Below are positions 27,216 through 37,947 of a stretch of DNA of 64,000 bases, one piece after another (position 1 is the first letter of the stretch; each line of letters starts with the position of its first letter). A program made the position numbers and the translations under genes. The notes beneath the pieces were generated by a model, which saw only the letters and a program-made list of their open reading frames with translations, ran no database searches and was not told where the DNA came from. Origin of the DNA: Nitrospirota bacterium. GTDB taxonomy: Bacteria; Nitrospirota; UBA9217. Location of the stretch: NCBI GenBank assembly GCA_963754875.1, contig CAVWHO010000020.1, forward strand, positions 175,374 through 239,373, read 5' to 3'.

Positions 27216-28316
27216 TTATAGCGGAAGTTTCGTTGTCTCCTCGATTACGGCGTGGGATTCCGTCCCGCTTAAAGACTGCAGCCGGTCCCCGAACTTTTCC
27301 AATCTCTTGTCCGCATCATCGTATTTCGATTTCGTATTTGTCAGATGTTTTCCCACCAGTTCAAAATCCGCCCTGAACTTCTCAAAATCACCGGACAGTC
27401 TCGCCAGGCTTTTCAGGATCTCCTGCGCCTGTTCTTCGACGTGCATTCCTTTAAGACCGAGAAGTATCGTCTGGAGATAAGCATAGAAACTGTTCGGCGA
27501 CACGGGGATAACGCGTTTCGTAAAAGCGTAGTTCAGCAGAGCCTTGTCCGTGTCCACTGCCTCGTCTTTAATGATGAGCTCGTAATAGACATTTTCCGCC
27601 GGGATGTACATAAGTGCGAAGTCAAAGGTCCCTTCGTCGGGCAGGATGTACTTGCCTGCAATGGCATCGATATGTTTTTTCACGTCGCTGATGAACTTCT
27701 TTTTTGCGGCCTTGCGATCCTCTTCCGTGGCCGTCTCCACGACGCGCTTGAAATTCTCCAGAGGAAACTTGGCGTCAATCGGCACAAGGTTGTGGCCGAG
27801 CCTGATGACGGCGTCTACGGCCTCGCCGCTCTTGAACCGGTGTTGAAGCGAGTAGTGGGCCGGCGGAAAGATTTGCGCCAGCAGGTCGCCGAGGAACAAC
27901 TCCCCGAGCCCGCCGCGAAGTTTTGGCGACCGCAGGATCTCCTGCAGGCTTGCGATGTCCTTCCCCACGTCGAACACCTTTTTCGTGGCCTCAGAGAGGC
28001 TGCCCAGTCCCTTGCTTACCTCCTGGACCACGCGCGCCGCGTTATCGAGCCGCGTATTCAGGTCTCCCGTTGATTTCTGGAGTTGCTGCGTCACCTGGCC
28101 GAGCTGCGAGTTGACCTGGAGCGTTATTTGGCCGAGTTGCTGGTTCACGGTCTCCTGGCTTTTGAGCATGGCCTCCGTCAGCTGACCGCGGAGGGATTGC
28201 ACTTCCTGTTGGAGCATCCCGACCGTAGGATCGATGCTCTTCTTCTGCGACTGGAGTACGAGCCAGAGAAGGATGAAGACGACTGCTGCAAGGAGTATGA
28301 GGATGGCGGTAAGCAT
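27216..28316 (-). CDS. rmuC: DNA recombination protein RmuC
   Basis: N-terminal TM, a long coiled-coil, and the C-terminal RmuC nuclease-like region (YILPDEGTFDFALMYIPAENVYYE). Confidence 0.75.
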   Translation of the reverse strand: MLTAILILLAAVVFILLWLVLQSQKKSIDPTVGMLQQEVQSLRGQLTEAMLKSQETVNQQLGQITLQVNSQLGQVTQQLQKSTGDLNTRLDNAARVVQEVSKGLGSLSEATKKVFDVGKDIASLQEILRSPKLRGGLGELFLGDLLAQIFPPAHYSLQHRFKSGEAVDAVIRLGHNLVPIDAKFPLENFKRVVETATEEDRKAAKKKFISDVKKHIDAIAGKYILPDEGTFDFALMYIPAENVYYELIIKDEAVDTDKALLNYAFTKRVIPVSPNSFYAYLQTILLGLKGMHVEEQAQEILKSLARLSGDFEKFRADFELVGKHLTNTKSKYDDADKRLEKFGDRLQSLSGTESHAVIEETTKLPL

Positions 28317-28400
28317 AGGTACGTTCGGAGTATTACCTTCGGAGTGATGAGTGCCGAGTCTGGAGCGCTGATTAAATTTGCTCCGAACTCTGGACCGCTA

Positions 28401-29607
28401 GTGTAGTGTCTCACAAACGACTGGTGTTATCAGCCTTTTTCTTGCGAGAGCGAGGTAATGTGCAGCCTGGCTGAATTTTCTCCAATGTTTGTTTGCAGCG
28501 TCCAAGTTTCTTAACGATCGATTCAACGGTTGCGGTCCATACAAACGGTTTTGGGTCTTTGTTCCAAGCAGCCAAATACTCTTCGATAGCGCTCTTGAGC
28601 GCGTCCACGCTGACAAAGACTCCGCGACGTATTCGTTTTCCCGTCAGTTCTCCGAACCAACGCTCAACAAGGTTCAACCAGCTTGAACTGGTCGGGACGA
28701 AGTGGGAAACAAAACGTGGATGCCGTGTTAACCATCTCTGGACTTTGGGGTGCTTATGCGTGCCATAGTTATCCATCACTATGTGCAGCTGCTTTTCGAC
28801 CGGGAATTCAGCATCCAGTTGCTTTAAAAACTTGAGAAATTCCTGATGGCGATGCCGAGCATAACATTGACCGATCACTTTACCTTGCGCCAATTCGAGC
28901 GCAGCAAAAAGGGTTGTCGTGCCGTTACGCTTATAGTCATGAGTCATGGTACCGCAACGCCCTTTTTTTAAAGGAAGTCCCGGTTGTGTACGATCTAACG
29001 CTTGAATCTGGCTTTTCTCATCCACACACAGCACTAATGCTTTTTCTGGAGGATTGAGATAGAGCCCGACGACATCGGTAAGCTTTTCCAAGAACCGTGG
29101 ATCGCGTGACAACTTAAATCCCGTGGTTCTGTGCGGCTGAATATGATGACTTTGCCAGATCCTATTGATCGTTGCTTTGCTCACGCCCTGCTGTTCAGCC
29201 ATCGTTCGGCAACTCCAATGGGTGGCTCCAGCAGGCTTCGTTTGCAGTGTGGCATTAATTATTTTATTAATTTTGGTTGCCGTTAACTCTGGCTTACGTC
29301 CGCGACCTGCCGCAACTTCCCAAAGGCAGTCCGGACCTTCACTACAGAACCGCTGCCTCCATAATGCAGCCGTTTTATAATTGATTTGCATTTGCTTTGC
29401 GATGGCCTTGTCTTGTTGGCCATTCGCAGCGGCTAGAATAATTCGACACCGTTGAGCAACTTGTTGCGGGGTGCGATGAGCCCGCACCCATTGCTCTAGT
29501 TCTTGTCGATCAGACTCAGTAAGGTTTATGGTTAAAGCGTGTCGTGCCATGAACAGCATCCTATCACAAATCATGACATAACACCAGTTAATTGAGAGAC
29601 ACTACAC
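28401..29607 (-). mobile_element. IS630-family insertion sequence, intact copy 2 (1207 bp, TA target duplication)
   Basis: Ends GTGTAGTGTCTC...GAGACACTACAC flanked by TA on both sides. Identical to copy 3. Confidence 0.9.
28411..29574 (-). CDS. IS630-family DDE transposase (387 aa)
   Basis: HTH N-terminus. DDE region VDEKSQ...VMDNYGTHK...[12 protein letters not shown]. Confidence 0.9.
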   Translation of the reverse strand: MICDRMLFMARHALTINLTESDRQELEQWVRAHRTPQQVAQRCRIILAAANGQQDKAIAKQMQINYKTAALWRQRFCSEGPDCLWEVAAGRGRKPELTATKINKIINATLQTKPAGATHWSCRTMAEQQGVSKATINRIWQSHHIQPHRTTGFKLSRDPRFLEKLTDVVGLYLNPPEKALVLCVDEKSQIQALDRTQPGLPLKKGRCGTMTHDYKRNGTTTLFAALELAQGKVIGQCYARHRHQEFLKFLKQLDAEFPVEKQLHIVMDNYGTHKHPKVQRWLTRHPRFVSHFVPTSSSWLNLVERWFGELTGKRIRRGVFVSVDALKSAIEEYLAAWNKDPKPFVWTATVESIVKKLGRCKQTLEKIQPGCTLPRSRKKKADNTSRL

Positions 29608-30605
29608 TAGTGTATCTCCAGCATCCTGTCCAGCGCACGCTTGGCAGGGATACGAATGTCTTCCGGTACTTTTATCACGTACTGCATCTTTTCCATGGCC
29701 GCGAGCACGCTTTCGAGTTTGGTCCGTTTCATATTGGGGCAGACCATTTCCTTGTTCAGGACATAGAACCGTTTGTCAGGGCTTTCTTTTTTGAGACGAT
29801 GGAGGATTCCTTCTTCGGTGCCGATAATGAATTCTTTATGATTTGACTCTCTGCAGAAACGGAGCATGCCCGACGTGCTCGTGATCTGATCAGCCATGTC
29901 CTGGACTTCAGGCGGGCATTCGGGGTGTACGACCAGGACCGCGTCGGGGTGTTCCGCCCTGGCGCGTTTCACATCGTCCACATCGAGATGAGCGTGATGC
30001 ACGTTGCAGAACCCGTCCCAGGAAATGATTTTCTTTTTTGTCCGCTTCGCTGCATAGGCAGAGAGGTTGCGGTCGGGGATGCAAATGACGGTGTCTGCCT
30101 TCAGGGATTCGACGACCTTGACGACATTGGAAGAGGTGCAGCAGATATCGCTTTCGGCCTTGACCGCCGCCGATGTGTTCACGTAGGCCACGACGGGCAC
30201 GCCGGGATATTTTTTCTTCATGTCCAGGAGCGTGAAATCATCGGCAAACTGAAAGGTTATTCCCATGACGTCCGAGTAGAGGTCTCTCCGCGTCTTGCGC
30301 GGTCCTTTGACCGTGACCATGTCCGCCATGGGACAACCGGCACTTATCTCCGGGAGCAACACGGTCTTGTCCGGGGAGAGAATCGATGCGCTTTCGGCCA
30401 TGAAATGTACGCCGCAGAACACGATCACGTCGTAGTCAGTCTTCGCAGCTGCGCGCGACAGTTCCAGGGAATCTCCGGTGATGTCGGCGATGTCCTGCAC
30501 CTCGGGGCGCTGATAATTGTGGGCGAGGATGACGGCATTCAGATCTTTTTTCCGTTTCCGAATTTTGTCGTGGAGGATGTCGATGTCCGATGCATGGGCA
30601 GTCAT
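29607..30605 (-). CDS. nadA: quinolinate synthase NadA
   Basis: The translation matches NadA throughout ([13 protein letters not shown]..., three Cys ligands). The stop codon TAG is formed by the last base of the IS plus the TA target duplication. Confidence 0.85.
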   Translation of the reverse strand: MTAHASDIDILHDKIRKRKKDLNAVILAHNYQRPEVQDIADITGDSLELSRAAAKTDYDVIVFCGVHFMAESASILSPDKTVLLPEISAGCPMADMVTVKGPRKTRRDLYSDVMGITFQFADDFTLLDMKKKYPGVPVVAYVNTSAAVKAESDICCTSSNVVKVVESLKADTVICIPDRNLSAYAAKRTKKKIISWDGFCNVHHAHLDVDDVKRARAEHPDAVLVVHPECPPEVQDMADQITSTSGMLRFCRESNHKEFIIGTEEGILHRLKKESPDKRFYVLNKEMVCPNMKRTKLESVLAAMEKMQYVIKVPEDIRIPAKRALDRMLEIH

Positions 30606-30727
30606 AAGTACGCTGATAATACCGATAATCGCTGCCGCTTGTCAAATGGAAAGTACTGAAGAGAAGTTGAATGGCAGGGCTTGCACGTCCGCCCGAAAGG
30701 AGGCGTTTTCCCGCGTTTATAAAAACA

Positions 30728-31268
30728 TCCTGAAATACCCAGCAGCTCTGCTGCTGGGATGAAAAGGATATCCTGACGAAGTCAGGATGAGAATCTGTTA
30801 CAATACGGGCCATGAGCCCATTGAGAAGAAGCAAACATAGCGTCTATGATCTGAAGTACCATTTTGTATGGATACCAAAATATCGAAGGAAGCTGTTCAG
30901 CGATCGAATGACGACGAGACTGAAAGAGATATTTCGTGAGATCGCAGAGCGATATGAATTTGAAATAGATACGATGGAAGCAATGGATGATCATGTGCAT
31001 TTGTTTTTGGTTGTGCCACCGAAGTATGCTCCAGCGAGGGTAGTACAGATAATCAAAAGCATATCGGCAAAGATGATGTTTCGAGAATTCCCCGAGATAA
31101 AGAAAAAACTTTGGGGAGGAGAACTCTGGAATGACGGCTACTTTGTCCGTTCGGTTGGCGACAAAGTAACGGCAGAAGTTATAAGAAAGTATATTCGGTA
31201 TCAGCATGATGAGCAAGTTGGCTTTAGGTTCTAGCGCATTTAGGATGCCCCGCAGCTCTGCTGCGGGG
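30728..31268 (+). mobile_element. IS200-like element (tnpA only) bounded by related hairpins CCCAGCAGC-TCT-GCTGCTGGG and CCCCGCAGC-TCT-GCTGCGGGG
   Basis: Two 9-bp-stem hairpins sharing a TCT loop flank a Y1 HUH transposase gene. Confidence 0.75.
30812..31234 (+). CDS. tnpA: IS200/IS605-family Y1 (HUH) transposase TnpA
   Basis: YHFVWIPKYRRK, the HVHLFL HUH motif, and the C-terminal Tyr region; 140 aa. Confidence 0.85.
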   Translation: MSPLRRSKHSVYDLKYHFVWIPKYRRKLFSDRMTTRLKEIFREIAERYEFEIDTMEAMDDHVHLFLVVPPKYAPARVVQIIKSISAKMMFREFPEIKKKLWGGELWNDGYFVRSVGDKVTAEVIRKYIRYQHDEQVGFRF

Positions 31269-31272
31269 TAAT

Positions 31273-33756
31273 TCACTCGCGAACCTTTCCGGATGCATCA
31301 GCCGGGCCGGCCGCGGATTTCGTGCGGAGCGGAACCGTGACGCGGACGCACGTCCCCTCATCCGTCGAGACAGTGACTGTCCCCCCGATCTCATTTGCCC
31401 GGTTTTTCATATTGGTCAACCCCCTGCCTCGGTTCAGGGTGGCAGAACGATCCCGTCCCCGGCCGTTGTCCTGCACGGTCAAAGTCAGGTCCTCCATGCC
31501 GATCCGGAAACTGACGACGACTTTGGTTGCCTGAGAATGCTTTACGATATTGGTGAGCGCTTCACGGTAAATCCTGAATAGGTTCAAATATAAAATGCTT
31601 CCGGGCTCGCCGCTGACGTCATCAATTTGTGAAGTCATGTCAAAGGATATCTTGTGGGCCTTGACGATCGACATGCCCTGGTTTCTCAATTCCGCGACGC
31701 AAGCATGCCAGCTCAGGTCCTTACTGTCAAGGCTGTGCATGAGGCTTCTTATCTCTCCCAAACCCTCCCGCGACAGGCTCGCGATGGTGGCGAGCGCCCT
31801 GTTGACGTCTTCCGGGGACTGCGCCTTCCGGGCGACCTCGGACAGCAGGCTGATATTGGTCGTTATGCCGCCGATCCCGTCATGAATGTCCATGAGTATC
31901 TTCTCTTTCTCCCGCTGGTGTCTCTTTTCCTCTTCGACCCTCTCACGGTATTGACTGACATTTTGTTCGTTCAGGCGTGCACGCTCATCATCCGCCTGTT
32001 TGTGCTCCGTGATGTCTAGGAGCGCCGCGATGGTCGCGGGTTCCCGCCCAAAATCGATGAGCCCCGCCGTGGCCAGCAGCCACCGTTCTTTGCCGTTTTT
32101 CCTGATGATCTTGAACTCATACTGGCTGGGGACGGGCTCCCCCTGGAGCCGTGCGATGACACGCTGGCGCACCAGGTCCAGATAGTCCGGATGGATGATA
32201 TTGCTGAAGTTCAGCCCGAGGAATTCTGCATGAGTATACCCCGTAATGGATTCAGTTGCGGGATTGATGTAGAGGAACTTATCGTCCCGGTAGATAACGA
32301 TCCCCACCTTAATGGTTTCCGCAAGGGTCCTGAATTTCTGTTCGCTCTCCTTGAGTGATTCCTTCACAAGACGGGCCTCTTCGTACAGCGCTGCATTTTC
32401 GATAGCCAGGGCCGCTTGCCCGGCCAGCGTCTGCAGGAGGTCGACGTCGCTTTTCACATAGGGTCTCCCGTTTCCCTTCGGTCCAAGCGCCAATATCCCC
32501 TGTATCTTACCCTTATAAATGAGGGGGATGAGGATTTCAGCGCCCATCTGCACCATCGCGGCGTGCAGTCTGGCTGGCTCCCCCTCGCCGGAGGCTCCTT
32601 CGAGTTCCTCCCTGATGATGATTTCGCGGACCTTTCCCAACCACAGCATGATCTCGTTGGTCCGGGCCTCAGTATTCGAGACACCGTCACCTTGCAGGGG
32701 TGTACTACGACCGGCCTCGTTCATCAGAAAAAGGTGGACCGTAACGACCTTCAGGCTCTTTTTGATGCTGTCGATGATGGTATTCAGAAGGATATCCCGG
32801 TCGAGGATCGTGATGATTGCCTGGGTGGAGTCTTTCAAAATCTGTTGATAGTCATACCTGCCCCGAAGGACAAGCGCATTTATCCAGACGATGATGGTTT
32901 GCGCAAAAGGCGTTGCAATCAAAACCAGGCCGATAAGGGTGAGCGAAACCAGGTCAGCCGGCATGTCACCCATGGCCGGTCCTAAAATTCTGTCCAGTCC
33001 GAGATGGATGCTCTCAAAGAGAGACAGAAGCAGTACGACACTGATGACTTTCGAGACCATAAGCGGTATGTCGAACAGGCGGTAGCGGGTTATAGCGTAG
33101 AACGTAAGCAGCACCCAGGGGAAGCTGAAATAGGAGGAGAGGGTAGGGTCGAACTTCCCCCAACCGAAGACGTGCAGAAAAGCGCCGATCATCGATCCGC
33201 CGAGGGCGAATACGAGGGTGCCGTAGAAAAAGTAATCGAGCTGCGCTTTTTTCATGCCGCTGACTTTTTTCCTGAACAGATATATCTCGACGATCAACCA
33301 CAGAATCAGGCTCCCGTCGAGGATACGGGCCGGTGTATCGAGGAAACCGGGATTGTAAATGAAGGGTACCAGCGTATACGGGCCGGCAACGATCCAGTTC
33401 GTCAGGAGCGAGATCAGCAGGATAAGCGACATGAGGGGATACAGGACCAGTCCGATAATCCGCGCCTTCCGGCTCTTTTCATTCTTGAGATAGGAGATAA
33501 ACTGGAGCGCGGGAGGGATGCAGAGCCAGCCGACCCACGTCGCTTTGGCGAAGGGAAGGAAGTCGAGGCCGAGGGAAGCTCGGAGGTACATGATTGCCGT
33601 CAACAGAGAAAAGGCGGACGAGAAAAAGGAAAAAGCGGCGACCGCTTTATTGATGGGGCTGTTGCGCGGATTGTGCCTGATGAGAATGATCCCGAGGACG
33701 ATCTCCAACGCCGCAACGAAAAACAGCGGATATCCGATTATTTCATGCAGGTTCAT
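31273..33756 (-). CDS. membrane sensor histidine kinase (multi-TM N-domain, GAF, PAS, HisKA_3, HATPase), orphan
   Basis: ~8 N-terminal TM helices; GAF and PAS segments; the HisKA_3 H-box HDGIGGITTNISLL; HATPase TVQDNGRGRD...GRGLTNM. Confidence 0.8.
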   Translation of the reverse strand: MNLHEIIGYPLFFVAALEIVLGIILIRHNPRNSPINKAVAAFSFFSSAFSLLTAIMYLRASLGLDFLPFAKATWVGWLCIPPALQFISYLKNEKSRKARIIGLVLYPLMSLILLISLLTNWIVAGPYTLVPFIYNPGFLDTPARILDGSLILWLIVEIYLFRKKVSGMKKAQLDYFFYGTLVFALGGSMIGAFLHVFGWGKFDPTLSSYFSFPWVLLTFYAITRYRLFDIPLMVSKVISVVLLLSLFESIHLGLDRILGPAMGDMPADLVSLTLIGLVLIATPFAQTIIVWINALVLRGRYDYQQILKDSTQAIITILDRDILLNTIIDSIKKSLKVVTVHLFLMNEAGRSTPLQGDGVSNTEARTNEIMLWLGKVREIIIREELEGASGEGEPARLHAAMVQMGAEILIPLIYKGKIQGILALGPKGNGRPYVKSDVDLLQTLAGQAALAIENAALYEEARLVKESLKESEQKFRTLAETIKVGIVIYRDDKFLYINPATESITGYTHAEFLGLNFSNIIHPDYLDLVRQRVIARLQGEPVPSQYEFKIIRKNGKERWLLATAGLIDFGREPATIAALLDITEHKQADDERARLNEQNVSQYRERVEEEKRHQREKEKILMDIHDGIGGITTNISLLSEVARKAQSPEDVNRALATIASLSREGLGEIRSLMHSLDSKDLSWHACVAELRNQGMSIVKAHKISFDMTSQIDDVSGEPGSILYLNLFRIYREALTNIVKHSQATKVVVSFRIGMEDLTLTVQDNGRGRDRSATLNRGRGLTNMKNRANEIGGTVTVSTDEGTCVRVTVPLRTKSAAGPADASGKVRE

Positions 33757-34127
33757 GTCCTCTCCGATCGCGGGAGTACTATTACTGTTACTATCGCAAA
33801 AGACAGGCTAAGCGTCAAGAGGATTCTTCACCGGGGCCGCGATTTCAGCGGTTGTTGCGCTCAAGCCGCGTGTCATCGGAGCGCCGCTCACTCTTGCGGA
33901 GTGCGTCTCATCTGGGGAAGATCTTACCGTGGAATACGATTGGTTCCGGTCTGCCCAGTCAGGCACACCGTCAAAGATACTCCTCGAAGCTCTTGCAATC
34001 GTGAAACGATTGTAGTACGCTCGACGCACTGGGAAAAGCATCGGCCTGAAGGGCTTTTCACAGACCGTAGACGACCTGTCATGAACGATACAGTCATGCA
34101 AAATGGAATCAGCATTCGAACGTTGCC

Positions 34128-34646
34128 ATGCGCAAGATCATTCTTTTCATAGCGTCAAGCCTCGACGGGTTCATAGCAAGGAAGTCCGGTGGGATCGACT
34201 GGCTGTTCACTGACCAGGATTACGGGTACACTGAATTTTTCAAGACCATCGGCGTAGTCATCATGGGAAGAAAGACCTATGATCAGACCTTGACCTTCGG
34301 CGAATATCCCTTCAAAGGGAAAGAGGCCTTCGTCTTCTCACGGTCCCGCGCAGGAGCAACGGATGGGAACGCGAGGTTCATTTCCGGAGATGTGGAAATC
34401 TTCATGGACTCTCTCAAGTCCAAACAAGGGAAGGATATCTGGCTCGTAGGCGGGTCCGAACTCATTCAGCAATTCCTAAAGCATGATCTCATTGATGAGT
34501 TCGTTATCTCCATCCATCCCATTATCCTCGGCGAGGGCATTCCCCTGTTTCTTGCCCCGACCCCCCAGAAAGCATTGCATCTGGAGCAGTGCAAGACATT
34601 TGACACGGGACTCGTCCAGATAACGTATAGCCGGAAATCTTTTTAA
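34128..34646 (+). CDS. dihydrofolate reductase-like / RibD C-terminal domain protein
   Basis: IILFIASSLDGFIA...GRKTYDQ...IWLVGGSELIQQFL pattern. Confidence 0.7.
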   Translation: MRKIILFIASSLDGFIARKSGGIDWLFTDQDYGYTEFFKTIGVVIMGRKTYDQTLTFGEYPFKGKEAFVFSRSRAGATDGNARFISGDVEIFMDSLKSKQGKDIWLVGGSELIQQFLKHDLIDEFVISIHPIILGEGIPLFLAPTPQKALHLEQCKTFDTGLVQITYSRKSF

Positions 34647-34672
34647 TTATCACATAAACGGGAAAAACCTCT

Positions 34673-35149
34673 ATGCTGCGCTCAAAGTTCATGATAGCGT
34701 TTCTGTTCCTAAGTTTGTCTCTTTTGACCCACGGCCAGGCATCCGCTGCCGGGCTGGGCGATTTCACCAGCGACGGCTGCAGTCTGTTCCCCGATGGAAC
34801 GATCGCGGACCGTGTGCTCTGGTGCGACTGCTGTCTTGCTCACGATATCGCTTACTGGCAGGGAGGAACTAAGAAAGAACGCCTGGCTGCGGACCGGATG
34901 TTGAGCGAATGCGTGTACGATCGTACGCACAACAAAGCTCTGGCAGACATGATGTATGACGGCGTCCGTGCAGGCGGTCATCCCGCATTTCCCACCTGGT
35001 ACCGTTGGGCCTACGGCTGGAAATACGGCAAGGGATATGCTCCTCTTACGGAGGAGGAGAAAAAACAGGTCCAGGAAAAGCTTGGCGCTTACCATGCAAA
35101 ACATCCGGCTGGCTATTGCCGTGAAAAGCACGGCGAGACGAAGCAGTAG
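34673..35149 (+). CDS. secreted protein with a prokaryotic phospholipase A2-like motif
   Basis: Signal peptide. SDGCSLFPDG...WCDCCLAHDIAYW parallels the bacterial PLA2 motif DLCTQAPD...ACARHDFGY. Confidence 0.45.
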   Translation: MLRSKFMIAFLFLSLSLLTHGQASAAGLGDFTSDGCSLFPDGTIADRVLWCDCCLAHDIAYWQGGTKKERLAADRMLSECVYDRTHNKALADMMYDGVRAGGHPAFPTWYRWAYGWKYGKGYAPLTEEEKKQVQEKLGAYHAKHPAGYCREKHGETKQ

Positions 35150-35272
35150 TGCGGCGGGAAAAGGAAATCAACGCTTTTTTCTGGGGTGATTCGTTATTAC
35201 GTTAAAAAACAGGCCGGCGGATTTGGACAACGCCGGCCTCTGCGAAAGGAAATCAGCAACGGACCACGCTTA

Positions 35273-35611
35273 CTACGACGGCCCGTCCATCGGCCCCATG
35301 TGCTGCCTGCCTGGTCCGCCATTGCGCCTGCCGCCGGGACCCATTCCTTCAGGCCGCTCGGGACGGCATTTTCTCAATGCGTCATTGTTCGTTGCAGCTT
35401 CTATGCATGTCTTTGCCTGATCGAGCTTCGCCCTGCGCTCCTCAATCATCTGGAGGATGCGGGCTTTTCTCTCCTGGAATTGCTCCGGCGTGACCGTCTT
35501 CCCGGTCCCTCCCGGCGCTGCTTGGGAGCCGGGGCCCTGCTGGGCCAGCGCGACCTGCGAAATCCCTGCTAAAAAAAGTATAATAACAGCAAAACGCAAT
35601 ATGCCTCTCAT
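35273..35611 (-). CDS. periplasmic Spy/CpxP/ZraP-family (LTxxQ) protein
   Basis: Signal peptide, VTPEQFQERKARIL LTxxQ-like motif, Gly/Pro-rich C-terminus. Confidence 0.5.
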   Translation of the reverse strand: MRGILRFAVIILFLAGISQVALAQQGPGSQAAPGGTGKTVTPEQFQERKARILQMIEERRAKLDQAKTCIEAATNNDALRKCRPERPEGMGPGGRRNGGPGRQHMGPMDGPS

Positions 35612-35801
35612 CGTATGCCCCTCCTTTTCAGATGAATGCCTTGTGCTGTATGAGACTCTCGATCAAGAAAAAGGTTGAACGCGTGGTTTGAGAAATGGCT
35701 AAAGATGACCGGAAAACCCCGGGCATACGGTATTCTTATAAAAGACCTTCGCGTCGCTGAGCTTTTTATGCTTTTTACAGTTGTTTACATGCGTACAACA
35801 A

Positions 35802-36101
35802 TCATCCTTTGTTTTTGTAGATAAACCCGAGAAATATCCGGTAGGGACCCGGTGTGCCCCATGGTACGAATGCCACGCGGTCTCCCGGCTGGATAGCATA
35901 GCTCAAAGACTGGGTGTAACCGTTGACAATTATTACTTCAATTTCTTCCCGGGCAAGTTCCAGCTTGTGGGCCAAAGCAGTACCCGTGATCGGCCCTTCG
36001 ATGTCAAGCAGGAGAGGGGTTGGTAAACCTCTTTTCTCGAAGATCCCGGATAAATGACCGAATGCTCTCACTTCAACTGGTTTCTTTGCAGGTTCTGGCA
36101 T
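35802..36101 (-). CDS. MoaD/ThiS-like beta-grasp protein lacking a C-terminal Gly-Gly
   Basis: VEVRAFGHL...IIVNGYTQSLSYAIQPGDRVAFVP follows the MoaD pattern but ends ...PWGTPGPYRIFLGFIYKNKG. GGAGGG lies 10 nt upstream of the internal ATG. Confidence 0.4.
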   Translation of the reverse strand: MPEPAKKPVEVRAFGHLSGIFEKRGLPTPLLLDIEGPITGTALAHKLELAREEIEVIIVNGYTQSLSYAIQPGDRVAFVPWGTPGPYRIFLGFIYKNKG

Positions 36102-36288
36102 TGATTGAAAACCCTCCGATCTCGTAATGTACACCTCTAGTATAGCAAACGAAATCCTGCGCAATTTCGAAATCGCACATTGGAAGGTTCATTGCATACA
36201 CCTTGGTCGGAACGCAACGCATCTGTATATTCCGTTGGTTCCGGCTTTTCTGTTGCGTGCAGCATGCATTTCGGGTATTCTGTCTTCC

Positions 36289-37188
36289 ATGGCAGGGGAA
36301 AAACCATTCAAATCAGGATTCATCTCGATCATCGGCAGACCGAATGTGGGCAAGTCCACGCTTTTGAACGCCCTTCTCGGCGAGAAGATCGCCATCATCT
36401 CCGACAAACCCCAGACAACGAGGAACCGTATCCTCGGCATCGTGAACAAGCCGGGGGCGCAGATGGTGTTCATGGACACGCCGGGCATCCACAAGCCCAT
36501 GCACAAGATGAACGAGTTCATGGTGCAGACCGCGCTCCGGACGTACAACGAAGTCGACATCATCCTCATGCTTGTTGAGGCAACCACGCCGGCCGGGTCA
36601 GGGGACCAGTTTATCATCGAGACTCTATCGAAGGTGAAGACGCCGGTCTTTCTCTTGATCAACAAAATCGATCTTATCAGTAAAGAAGCGCTCCTACCGC
36701 TTATCCAGCAATACAGCAACCTCTATCATTTCGCCGAGATCATTCCGATTTCCGCGCTCAAGAACGATCTCAGCAGCCTCCTTGACGCGATCCTGAAACG
36801 CCTTCCGCAGGGGCCTCAGTATTTCCCCGACGACCAGCTGACGGACCAGCCTGAACGGTTCGTCGTGGCTGAACTTGTCCGAGAGAAGGTCTTCGAACTC
36901 ACGAAAGAGGAGATTCCGTATTCCACGGCCGTGGTCATCGAGGAAATGAAAGAGGAACCGGACATCACGCGCATCCATGCGATGATCATCGTGGAACGGG
37001 ACTCGCAAAAGGGCATCCTGATCGGCAAGGGCGGCGGCATGCTCAAGCAGATCGGAACGCTTGCCCGGCAGGACGCGGAAAAACTGCTCGGGACCAAGAT
37101 ATTCCTGAAACTCTACGTCAAGGTCAAAAAGGGGTGGCGCGAAGACGAGCGGCTGCTCAAGAACTTCGGGATTATCGAAGAAAAATAG
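36289..37188 (+). CDS. era: GTPase Era
   Basis: GRPNVGKSTLLN (G1), DTPG (G3), NKID (G4), C-terminal KH domain. Confidence 0.9.
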   Translation: MAGEKPFKSGFISIIGRPNVGKSTLLNALLGEKIAIISDKPQTTRNRILGIVNKPGAQMVFMDTPGIHKPMHKMNEFMVQTALRTYNEVDIILMLVEATTPAGSGDQFIIETLSKVKTPVFLLINKIDLISKEALLPLIQQYSNLYHFAEIIPISALKNDLSSLLDAILKRLPQGPQYFPDDQLTDQPERFVVAELVREKVFELTKEEIPYSTAVVIEEMKEEPDITRIHAMIIVERDSQKGILIGKGGGMLKQIGTLARQDAEKLLGTKIFLKLYVKVKKGWREDERLLKNFGIIEEK

Positions 37189-37323
37189 AAAGCGGATGAG
37201 GGAGATGCGGCCCTGCGTAGCCGCCTATTTCAGGACAACACCCTGCTCTTGCGAAGGCGCGGGTGCGAGACCACACAGGGTTGCCTCTCCATTCGGATTT
37301 CGTACCTGGAAGGGAATAAATAA

Positions 37324-37947
37324 ATGCATGAACTGATCAACTGGCTCGTTCAAACCATCGGCGCCCTGGGCTATCCCGGTATCTTCCTCCTTATGGCCTT
37401 GGAGAGCTCGGTCATTCCGATCCCGAGCGAGTTGGTGATGCCGCCGGCTGGATATCTTGCCCAGCAGGGGCAGATGAACATGGCGATCGCTATCCTCTGC
37501 GGCACTGCCGGCAGCCTCATCGGCGCTTACGTGAATTACTTCGCGGCCCATTATCTCGGCAGACCACTCATCCTGAAATACGGCAAGTACGTCTGGATCA
37601 CCGAGGAGAAATTCTCCCGGGTAGAGGGTTTTTTCAAGGACCACGGCGAGATATCGACCTTCATTGCGAGGCTCCTGCCGGTGGTTCGGCACCTTATTTC
37701 GCTCCCTGCAGGACTCGTCGGCATGAACCACCTGAAGTTCTCGCTCTACACCGTGCTCGGAGCCGGCATCTGGGTCACCGTGCTCTCGTATATCGGCTAT
37801 ATCATCGGCGCGAATCAGGAGCTCATCATGAAGTATTCTCACCAGGCGGTCATCGGCGTGGTAATCGTGAGCGGATTCATCATCGCCGTGTATGTCCGGA
37901 ACCACCGGAAAAAAAAACAAAAGGCCGGAGTTGTTGATAGCCAGTAG
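37324..37947 (+). CDS. dedA: DedA-family membrane protein
   Basis: GYPGIFLLMALESSVIPIPSE and the conserved DedA core. Confidence 0.8.
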   Translation: MHELINWLVQTIGALGYPGIFLLMALESSVIPIPSELVMPPAGYLAQQGQMNMAIAILCGTAGSLIGAYVNYFAAHYLGRPLILKYGKYVWITEEKFSRVEGFFKDHGEISTFIARLLPVVRHLISLPAGLVGMNHLKFSLYTVLGAGIWVTVLSYIGYIIGANQELIMKYSHQAVIGVVIVSGFIIAVYVRNHRKKKQKAGVVDSQ

